Origin: a virus
Taxonomy: Duplodnaviria; Caudoviricetes
Virus record (IMG/VR): IMGVR_UViG_3300020044_008512
Span: 1 to 52,020 of that record
Reading direction: 5' to 3' (one strand)
Length of the DNA stretch: 52,020 nt
This document shows positions 9,881 to 20,600 of this stretch, piece after piece. The notes beneath the pieces were generated by a model, which saw only the letters and a program-made list of their open reading frames with translations, was not told where the DNA came from and did no database searches. Position 1 is the first letter of the stretch; every line of letters begins with the position of its first letter. The translations under genes were made by a program, and so were the position numbers.

Positions 9881-10771
9881 ATGGCAACAAATGAATACAT
9901 GGGCTTCAATTTAAGCCCTCTACCGACTGGCGGTCAAGGAGCCTATGGAAAGGTTCCAGGCCAAATTGGCGCTCCGCCTAGCATTTACCAAGAGATTGCT
10001 AACACATACCCAGGAATCCAAGGCCTGACCAGCGGAGCCGGAGCCGCAATCGGAAGCCAGCTTGCGGGACAGCTGTCCCCTGAAACCCAGTCCAACATCG
10101 GCAATTATGCCGCTGCTCGCGGCCTTTCAATGGGTCAGCCGAATAGCCCGTTAGCCAACATGATTGGCATGAACATCACGGGCACGACTTCTGAAGCGTT
10201 GCAGCAGCAGGGCATTGGAAACTATCAAAACTTCTTGTCTGGCCTTGGTCAGACTCAAACAAACCCAGCGCTGTTGGCTGAGATTGCCCAATACAACGCC
10301 ATGCTTGCAGCAGCCCCAGACCCGCAAGCAGCGGCAGAGCGACAGCTTGCGTTGATGGACAAATACATGTCTCAATACTCAAGTTCTCCAGCTTCTGGCG
10401 GCAGAGGCATGATTAGCCCAACTGGAAACATTTCTGGACTTGGATATGGACCCGGCTCTTTAGGAAGCTTTGGTGGCGGCTATGGCGGCTTTGGCTCTGG
10501 AACATATGCTCCTGGACAAGGGCAAGTTGGCGGTGGCTCTGCATTTACCACATTTGACATTGGCGGCGGTTATTCCACGCCTTACACGGATATCCAACTG
10601 TATGGCGGTCCTGGATACAGCAACCCTTGGCCTACTGAATCAAGCCAGAGCTTTGGCCAAAGCCAGTTTGGAAAAATGGATTTGCCTTCGATGCTTGATT
10701 ACATGGGAAGTCAATCCGACAACCAAGAGGCTATGTTGTACAACTACGGCAACATGAATTACTTTGAATAA
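9881..10771 (+). CDS. Gly/Gln-rich internal virion (ejection/pilot) protein
   Basis: Low-complexity G/Q/S helical composition; position after tail genes. Confidence 0.5.
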   Translation: MATNEYMGFNLSPLPTGGQGAYGKVPGQIGAPPSIYQEIANTYPGIQGLTSGAGAAIGSQLAGQLSPETQSNIGNYAAARGLSMGQPNSPLANMIGMNITGTTSEALQQQGIGNYQNFLSGLGQTQTNPALLAEIAQYNAMLAAAPDPQAAAERQLALMDKYMSQYSSSPASGGRGMISPTGNISGLGYGPGSLGSFGGGYGGFGSGTYAPGQGQVGGGSAFTTFDIGGGYSTPYTDIQLYGGPGYSNPWPTESSQSFGQSQFGKMDLPSMLDYMGSQSDNQEAMLYNYGNMNYFE

Positions 10772-10773
10772 TT

Positions 10774-11634
10774 ATGGCAACACTACCTCCTTGGCTTAAT
10801 GTTCAGCCTTCTCAGTTTGCTGCGTCAGCTGAATCAGGCGCCCGTCTTGGTATGGCCGATAAGGCTCAGGCGATGTCGTTTATGCAGCAACAGCAAGCCA
10901 ATCAGCTTGCCCAGCAATCACAGCAGCTTGAGGTCCAGAGGATGGCAATGGCTCAAAAGCAAATGCAGGTTGCGCAACAGGACAAGTTGATGCAGCTTGC
11001 AATGGCAAAGCAAGAAGCCGACAGGCGGCACCAGCTCGCAACGACCCAGCTTTCTGTTCAGGCTGAAATTAGAAAGCAAGCATTGCAGGCTCAGGCTCAA
11101 AATGCGGCTCTTAAGTTTCAGCAACAGCAGCAATACCAGCAGGCCGTTAACGGCATTATGAGCAGCACTCCTGGAATCAGCCTTGAAGATGCTGCAATGA
11201 AAGCCAGTTTTGCTACTGGATTCAGCAGCCCTGGACTTGCGTCTATGTATAAGGCTTCACAGCCTGCTGCTCAGCAAGAACCCGTGTTTGACGACCAAGG
11301 CAAAAACGTTGGAATTCGTGTTGGTGGTCAGATTAAAATGTTCCCAACCGAAAAAGTAAGCGCTGAATATAGCGAGCCGTACGAACTTAACGGACACACA
11401 GTTCAAAGAAACGTTAAGACTGGTCAGATTAAAGTCCTAACAAAGCCAGAAGACCCGATGGATGCAATGCTAAAAGCGAAACTAGCTGGTCGCTCTGGTC
11501 AGGCAAAAGCTGCCCCTGGAAGCATGGGAAAGCTAGACAGAGACAAAGCTCTTGAGTTTTACAGATTAGCCAACGGAGACACTTACAAGGCTAGGCAGAT
11601 GGCGGCTGAGGCGGGATACATTGTTAACCAATAA
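10774..11634 (+). CDS. Gln/Ala-rich internal virion (ejection) protein
   Basis: Coiled-coil Q/A-rich; immediately before the giant protein. Confidence 0.5.
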   Translation: MATLPPWLNVQPSQFAASAESGARLGMADKAQAMSFMQQQQANQLAQQSQQLEVQRMAMAQKQMQVAQQDKLMQLAMAKQEADRRHQLATTQLSVQAEIRKQALQAQAQNAALKFQQQQQYQQAVNGIMSSTPGISLEDAAMKASFATGFSSPGLASMYKASQPAAQQEPVFDDQGKNVGIRVGGQIKMFPTEKVSAEYSEPYELNGHTVQRNVKTGQIKVLTKPEDPMDAMLKAKLAGRSGQAKAAPGSMGKLDRDKALEFYRLANGDTYKARQMAAEAGYIVNQ

Positions 11635-11636
11635 TT

Positions 11637-14600
11637 ATGCCAGACATTTTTGATGAACTTCAGGACGAGTTCAAAAGCAAACCTTTGCTTCAAGCCGAAC
11701 CAAGGCAAGCCGACATCTTTGACCAGATTCAGCAAGATGGCACCATTAGCCAATGGAAGCCTTCGCCGTATCAGCGTCTAGAGGCAGCGTTTCCTGCCGC
11801 GTTTCAAAGGGCTGGCACAATAGCAGACCCAGAGCATCCAAGAGGCATTTTGCCTGCTGCTTGGCAGGCCGCAAACAAGCCTGCTGGAATAATGGAAAAA
11901 ATTCTGCCAGAGCTTAAAGTAACTCACGACGACAGCATTTTTTCGGCAATTGGAAAAGAGACTTACAACATTCTAACTGGCATTCCAAAATTTGCGTCAA
12001 GCCCATTAGGAATCGCAACTTTTGGAGTTGGCGCAGCAAGCAAAGCTGCTGGAAAAACTGTGGCTAAAGTTTTTCAAGCTGACATGCTTAAAAACCTAGG
12101 CGAATCGGTTTACAATGTTTACGAAAATTGGGGAACGATGAGCCCAGGTGAAAGGGCGGCAGCAATAGAAGATGGGCTTGCCTCTGGAATCTTTGCAAAG
12201 ATTCTTCACAAGCACGCTTGGGCTGGAGAGCCAGTTAAACCGATTGAGATTCAAAAGGAAAAGACAGAGACAGCTCCTGCGACACCAGCGGAAGCTCTTG
12301 CTGCTTCAGCAAAACCGCCAGCAGCAGAATCAGCGACGGCCACAGCACCTGTTGCAGCTGCTCCAAAATTCCCAGAAGTGTTCAGCATCAACTCTGAAGA
12401 AGGAGTTGGTCATTACGTCACAGACCCAGAAGGCAATCAGATTGGAGACGTTTACGAGAACATAGCCGACGCAAAGTTTCACGCTGACAACCTAAACGAG
12501 GTTGCTTTTAACAAAGCAGAGCAAGAAAGAATTGCAGCCAAAACTGCCGCAGTTCCAGAAATTGGAACAGCGACAGAAATTGAAGGAGTAATGTCTCTTG
12601 GTGAAGGAAGATACCAAAGCGAAACTGCGCCTCCGATTGGAGCTTTCAATGTTGTTAAAACAACTATTGGAGGAAAGACTGTTTATAAATTTAGAATGCC
12701 AAAAGGCAAAGCCCCGAAAGAAATCGGAGCCGCTGCGCCTGCTCCCGAGCCAGCAGCCGCAGCCGCGCCTGCTGCCGCTACTGAGCCTGCGGCAGCCACC
12801 GAGGCTGCAAAGCCTGCCGAGCCAGCTGAAACTAAGCCTGCCGCAAAAGAACCGTGGCAGATGACGTCAAGCGAATATTTTCAACAAGAATTCCCTAACA
12901 TAAAAAAACATCCAGGCTCGATTGACAGAGAGCATCGGATTTCAGTTGAAAAAGCATTAAAAGAAGGCAAGCCGGTGTCGCCAGAAGTTCTTGCTGACTA
13001 TCCAGATTTAAAACCAGCCGCCACTGAGACAGTAGAATCTAAAACAATTGGTGTTTCTGATGAAGCTCAACAGCTTTTAGACCAGCACGCAGACGCGGCT
13101 GGCGAAGCTGGAATTGTTACTGACGAGTCATTAAGAAATGAAGTCAGAAAAGGAGAGTCTGAATCAAGTGTTGATGAACCGTTTTCTCTTGGCAGGCATC
13201 TGACGCACATTGCCGATTTCTTAAAATCCACTGGCGGCATTGCTACAATTGACAGAATTAAAAAAAGAGTCGTCATCAATGCTCAGGCATTTAACGATTT
13301 CATTAAGTCTATTCCAGTTGAGCGCAGGGCGGCTGCTGTCAGGGCTGTGCTTGCAGAAGAAAGAATCCATCTTCATACGGCAGATGCCGACGCGCTAAGG
13401 TACTGGAACAGCTTGAGCAGGCTTGAAAAGTGGGCAATCAGAAAGAAATATCAAGTCGAACCGTCCCAGATGAACGACACGCTCTGGGGCCACGAGGCCG
13501 TGCGCTATCGCTTGCAGCAGCTGATGCGCATGAGCCCGACTGAAATAGCCCAAGAGTTCGGCGGAAAAGGTTCGACGCGCAGAAGGCTCGCAATTAAGTC
13601 GCTGGACATTCTTGAGGCAATTATCAGAAAGACCCGTTCCATTGTAAGCAAGACGGCTACAAAAGAAATGAATGCCGTTCTTGATAAGATTCAGGAAAGC
13701 TTAAAGTCTGGCAGAATTGCAGATGCTGAAATCAAAACTGTTGCTGGCAAGCCTTACAAAACAACGCTTTCAAACGAAGCCGCTGAACTTGAAAAGCAAG
13801 CCGAAGACTTTAGAAAGGCAGGCCTTAACGACGAAGCAGACGAGCTTATGCAGATGGCTCAATGGAGCCGCAGCAAGGCATACGGAGAAGAGATGCCGTT
13901 TGCAAGAGGGCGCAAACCTGGTGACGAAGACCCGAACCAAGGCACGTTTGATGCATTGTTGAATCGCGCAAAGTTTGAGGAGATTCACAGGGTAATCAAC
14001 GAAACTGGAGACAGGCTGTTCAAAAAGAACGAAGCCGAGATGTTTCGTCAGGCTCAACTTGAGTCTGGTCAGCCTCCGATAATGGAGATTCCTTTGGCTC
14101 GCGGAAGGAATTGGAAAGCAACTGGAGAAGATGCCCAAGAATACAAGCTTCCAGTAGGATTGTCTTACGACGACTTGTACGAAATTGCATTAAAAAATAA
14201 CGTTTCGCCAGAAAGGCTTCAGTCTATTTACAAAGAACTGGTATCGCTAAACCCAGAACTTTCCGGCATTTCAAAATCGCAATACGGAAAAGATTCACAA
14301 AGAAAAATTAGCCCAATAAGAGACGTCATTGCTGGAGTTGCTTCAAAATTTAAAGCGGAAAACATTAAATATTTTGTTGAAGAATTAAATGGAAGCTTTA
14401 GAAATGCAGACGAAAGAGCACGTCAATACAATAACCAAAAAGATTTTAAAGGAGGCGTAAGCCACGTTGTAATAACGCCTGATGAGTTTTTAGAGCAATT
14501 GAAATTTCCTCTTGCTGCTGGTAGAGCGAGACAGCTTGAGCCGCATGACAAAAAATCTGTGTTTGATATATCCCAATCTACACAAGGATTCAGGGATTGG

Positions 14601-17600
14601 GTCAGGGGTCATTATTTTATCGCCAGTGACGTTGCGGATTACTTTAGCTTCGAAACTGGGAAACCAATTGTTGCTCAGGCGTTCCATGGAACTCAGGGAG
14701 ATATTGTAAAATTTGACAAAGCAAAGCTTGGCAGCGTAACTGAAGCCAAAAGCGCCAAAAAAGCTTTTTTCTTTTCGTCGTCACCTGTTGTTGCAAGCAG
14801 CTATCCAGAAATTGGAGGAGGCAGGAGGGTTGGCGAGCTGGACAGAAAAATAAATGAGACGCGTTTTGCATGGCTTGAAAATGATTCCAAACCAGCAGGA
14901 CCAGGGCAAGTATCTGAAAGTGACAGGTTGCACAACCTTCAGCTAGAGCTTGAAGCTCAAAGAAACGAGCTTTTGGGCACTGGCGACATTTCTAAAGAAC
15001 AACGCAGAATTGATGGTGAAATGAAGTCTCTGAAACTTGATGCTGATAAAATTTACAAGGATATAGTTAACCGAGATGACGGGGAAGCAACGCTCAAGGA
15101 GCGCCAAGAATTGAACAGGATTGAAATTCTTCAAAAGAATCTTGAAGCTGAATGGCAGGACCTAAAGAAGAAAAAAGAAAAGCTTTGGATGCAGGCTCGG
15201 CAAGAGGGGTCCAACATAATTCCTGTTCACGTAAAGCTTGAAAACCCTCTTGTTTACGATTTCAGGGGTGGAAGCTATCAAGACCATCCGTTTTCGTCAC
15301 TAATTGACGAAGCGATTAAAAACGGTCACGACGGCGTTGTTTTCAAGAACGTAAGGGACGGAGCCACTGATGATGCTAATATTCCGGCAACAAACTATGC
15401 CGTTTTTGACACTAGCAAACAGGTAAGAAATGCCATCACATCGCAACCCATGGCCGCTGGTCGCCGCAAAAAACTAACACCGCCAGAAAGCGAAGAATTT
15501 AACAATTGGTTTAAAGGAAGTAAGGCTTCATACAAAGGCAAGCCGGTAATGTTTGTTCACGGTACAAATAAATCGTTTGAAAACATTAAGCCAAGTGATG
15601 AAACTGGCTTAATTTTTCTTACCGAAGATACTAGCCTTGGAAACATTTATACCAAAAAACTTAGTGAAGGACTTGGTGGAAGATTAATTCCAGCTTGGGT
15701 TTCAATGAAAAACCCAGCTTCTACTGAACTGTACGATTCTATTGCAGAAAAACTTGGCGTAAAAGGTGCGGTTGATTATTTAAAATCAAAAGGCTACGAC
15801 TCGATAGGAAGCGGAAGAGGAGTTGTGGCTGTTTTTAATGCGTCTCAAATCAGAAGCGCGATAAGCAATCTTCCGCTTGCTCCTGGACGCGGACGCCCCA
15901 AGAAAGACCGCATTGACCCGTGGGCAAAGGGTTTGATGTTTGAACCTGAGCAGCTCGCGCCTCGCGGCGGCATTGACCAGTACGAACGCAAACTTGAAGA
16001 AGGACAGCTTCCAAAGCTTCCCACTGCTGACGAAATCAGCATGAACGCGGCTGGCTGGATTGCCAGAGAAATGACTTCTGCCGAAAAAGAAGGCAAGCAA
16101 TACGTTCCAGATTACAAGAAGTTCTCTGAATACATGTCTCGCAACTTCAAGACCAAGTCTGGTCAAATGAAGGAGCTGTATCAGAACTTGCTTGTTGCCA
16201 ACTTGCAAAATGCAAGAGGCGAATCTCTTCAGAACATTATCAAAGCAGTCTTTGGCAAAGAGCATCCTTTTTCAAAGATGCGGATACCTGACAAGATGAG
16301 CGAAAGCGGTGGTCTTCAGCTTGAGCAGTCAGATTTATTTAAAGACCCAGTTGCCGAAATTCTTAGGAAGGCTCGCACTCCAATGGAGTCAAAGGGCATT
16401 TCAGAATCCGAGCAGCGTCAGCGCATGCGGTCAAAAGCAATCTCCATGATTGTTAAGCGGCTTATTGAGCCGATGATGGAGAACGATGCTGAAGTTTTAA
16501 CCCGCAAAGAAATCAGCCCGTCAGAACTCAGCCCAGTTGGTGCAGCTGAAGGCATTGCGTCTGGATATCAAGAGCTGTCTGCACAAGACGAATTCAACCC
16601 AGAACTTCCAGATGTTCTTGTCGATAGGAGCCGACGCAGTGCAAACGACAGGGCTTCAATAAGCAAACGCCTTACAGTCATAATGGACAGAAAGACTGGC
16701 AAGGTTCATATGGTTTCCACTTGGAGAAACCCGACCAGCGGAAAAGTATTCTTTGCAAATCCAGCGCTCAAGACTGGAGAGGGAATGTTCCTTTATGATG
16801 CGTTAAAGAACTACCGCCTTCTTCGTTCCGTTTTGCTTGACGAGCCGCTTGAAAGGTTTTCTCAATCTTATGAAAACCTTAAAGATTACAATAAGAAGTT
16901 TGGGAACGAAGCTTTTGAAAACTATTCAAAAGAGACCAGCTACGACCCTGACACAATACCAATTGAAGATTTTTCCAATTCCGAAAGCCCGAATCCAAAT
17001 CAGGTGATGGTTGACCCATACGGAAGAAAGATTGAAATTCCATCAGAGGAAGGCATTCAAGGGGAAGGCGGCTCAATGGTTGGGCCTGCAAAGTCGCTTG
17101 TCGAATCTCAAATTGGAATGGGCAAGTCAGCAGTTGAAGAATCAATCCGTTCAAAGATTACTCGCCGCGAAGCAATGTCAGTTAGCGAAGCTTTCTCAGA
17201 GGCAGACACACCTGAAAAAATCAGAGAAGTTTTGAGCGGACTGCATCAAGAGAATTTCAGCAAGTTGCGTGAATCATTTCAAAAGGCAACCGTCAAGTTA
17301 GACAGGGCTCTTGAAGCTTTTCGCAGGGCTCTTGGCAAAGGCGGTGTTGATTTCACTAGCCTAAAAGAGGGCGAGTACTCAAATGAACAGGTTGAGCGCT
17401 CCATAGCAAACCTTTCAGAAGTGGAGCAGGAAAGAATCAACAAGGTTCAGGCTTCAATTCCAAAGTTACAGCAAGCTGTTGCAAATGCTTCTAGAGACTT
17501 TAGAAAGAATACGCTGCTTCGTTCCGGCGTAGCAAAGATTGCCAAGAGAGTTCAGGCATCTGGAAAAAATTGGCCTGTTGAAGATTTGATGAATCGGTTG

Positions 17601-20600
17601 GTTAATAAAATTCAAACATTAAACCAAATGTTTGACACTCATGAAGAGTTTGCAGACGCATTGTCAGAACGAGAAGTAAGGAAAGTAGAAAGGCCTTCCG
17701 AGAAGGGGACATGGACTCCGAGGCCTCCAGGAAAAAAGATGAGCGCTTACGAGCAGGCAAAGCGCGGACTGGATTTGCCTTCTGGAAAGCTGGCTCTGAA
17801 AGATGCTCCTGGAAAACCTGTTGTTCCAACGTCTCCAGAAAACCTTTCTCCTGCTCCACCTAAGCCTATTGAGACTATCAATGGTGAAGAGTTTAAGGCC
17901 ATTATTCAGGGTTCGATTACTCCTGAAATGCGGTCTGGTGAAGCGACAAAGCTTTCTAGAGAAGACGAAATCGAGATTGAGAAATATCTCGCTGAAGAAA
18001 AAACTAGAAAGGAATGGGAATCTTTCCTTGAAAAACGGCGCGGTGATTTGGCTGCGCTTAATCCAAAAACTGAAAAGTTTAGATTGGAAGGGCAGGTTGT
18101 TGAAAAGCCTAAAGATGTTTCTGTTGATAAAGAAACAATGGCTCGGTTCATGAAGATTAGAAACGAGCAAAGGCGGAAGCAAGGGCTTCTCCCAATGTCT
18201 CCAGGCAGAGGCGCAATCAAGGCTGTATCCGATTCGTTTGCTGACTCGGTTGCAAAGTTTGTTGCTATTGGAGCTGCTTGGACAAAGCGCGCAAATGCAG
18301 ACGCCGTTATATCTGCTGGAGCTGATGCGTATCAAACTTCTGCAAGAACTTTTGCTGCTGGCTCTGGTAATAAAATAAGGATTCAAGCCCTTAAGGATGG
18401 AGCGAAATTTCTTGGTCGCTCTCGTAAGGTTGAGAATCTAAAGATACTTGGAGGAGCAATTGCGATGCACGCAACGCGCGCAATTAGGAAGACGTTTGTT
18501 TATTCCAATGAAGCGACGGCAGCTTTTGACGAAGCGGCAAAAGATAGCTCGGACATGAAGATTGGGCACATGCTTCTCAATGCAACGGACATGCATTCTC
18601 TGAAGCTGGCAATCAAAGATGCGTTTGACCATTTTGAATTCAAAGACAAGCAGTCAGTATTAAGCAATTTGCTTTCAAGAATAAACAAAGGCGCTGGTCA
18701 AGTTGCCATTAGAAATGAAAAAGGGCAGACCGTAGGATGGAAAGATGCTGACAGAGCAATCAACGCAGACCTTCGTAAAGCTGGTCTTGAAATGATTAAA
18801 GAGGCCGAGCGCCGCATTGAAAATAATCTTGTGGAGCGCGGACTTCTGACGCATACGGGAGCAACTTACAAGATTGACGACTTTGCGAAATCTAAATTGG
18901 AAGAGTTTGCGCTTGGAGTTAATCGCGGAATCGCTCGCGCAAACAAGATGCTTAAGGAAGGCGGAATGAGAGACAGACTTGTTGCAAGGGCTTGGCTTAA
19001 AGACTTGGAAAAGCACAAGAACGACATCGAATTTGCAATGGCTCATTGGAGCGACCCGCAGCTTAGAGAGGCAACCATTGAAGCCCAGAAAGAGTTTGAC
19101 GCTCAGTACGACAGAGAGTCAGCTGCTGGCTCAAGGCTGTCATACAATGACGCGTACCTTCCTGGACGTTATGACGGGCAATTCCATAACAACGATTCTA
19201 TTGAGTTTGGTCCGAGCAGAATACTTGGACGCCAAACAACAAAGGCTCGCGTGTTTAAGAATTACTACGAGGCCGCATCTTCGGGCCCGTACATTGCTGC
19301 TTCGCATAACATTGCCGACATCCTTGAGCACAGGGTAAGACAAGGCATGACAAAGATTGGTCTGAGAGGATGGGAAGCTGATTTGATTTCAATGACCGAC
19401 GAAGCGACTGGAAAACCCGCATTCATTGCGGCAAAGAAAGTTGGCGATGGGTTTGTGCCTGACTTGCCTCCAGGGGCTAACGGCGCTGATTACGTTGCAG
19501 TTAACACAAGCTCAACAAGGACTCCAATCTTTGCATTGGCTGGTGACTATGCCAAATGGCTAACAAGGCTTACAGCTCCCAGCAGAGTTGATGATTGGGC
19601 AATTGCAAAAGGAGCGCTTCAAGCTGGTCAAGCACTCAAGCACGTTGCGCTTGTTGGCGACATATTCCATTTGGCTCGCGTTACATATTACGGAGCTTCA
19701 ATCATTGGAAAGAAAGCATTTGCACTAAGCGCTCACTCGGAAGGATGGGCGACACTAGACATACATGCAGCAGATTTAAAAACTGCTTTTGAAAAAGGAT
19801 TCATAAGCGAAAAAGCGTACAAGTGGTCAACTGAAAAACTTCCAGTAACATTTAATGGCGTAAAAGATACAATGACTCGCCATCAGATTGCTCGAGAATA
19901 TCAAAAGGTCGGGTTCAACGTTGGAATGATTAGTGATGCAATTTACAAAGACTTGGTTAGAAACGTTCCTGTTATCGGAACGTACAACAAATTCTTGTTT
20001 GACCATTATCAGCGAGGACTCATGATGCGTTCTGCGCTTGATGAATTTGAGCGCAGGCACAAACTAAACCCAAACAGAGACAGCAGAATTTTAATGCGTG
20101 AAATATCCCATGACTTGAATGGATACTTTGGCTCGATTGGAAAGCAGGGATGGGTTAAGTCTGCAACATTCCAAGACTTGCTCAGGATTCCGTTCTTGTC
20201 CCCCCAATGGGTTGAGGGCATCATAAAGAAAGATATAGCAATTCCTTATAAATTAATTGGCTCATTAAAAGACGGGATTGAAGGTCCGAAAAAATTGCTA
20301 AGGGGCGATGAAACTTCTGCAAGAGGAATCACAAGAGGCCTTATGGGAATGCTTGTCCTTACTCAAGTAATCAACATCATTAACAGAGGACAGCCTACTT
20401 GGAGCAATGAAGAGGGCCACAAAATGCAGGCCGACCTTGGAGACAATGTGTGGCTTGACCCGATGGCAGTTTTTAACGAGACGATTTCTGAGCTTGTTAG
20501 ATACAGCGAAACAAAAGAAGACTCAATCGAAGCAATTAAACAAGTTGGAGAAAATAAACTTGGATTTGTTGGAAGGGCCGGCCTTGTTCTTGGAACAAGA

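Noticed and set aside
12720-12850. GCC/GCA/CCT-rich quasi-repeats
   Set aside because: They encode an Ala/Pro/Glu linker; not a CRISPR array or DNA-level tandem repeat
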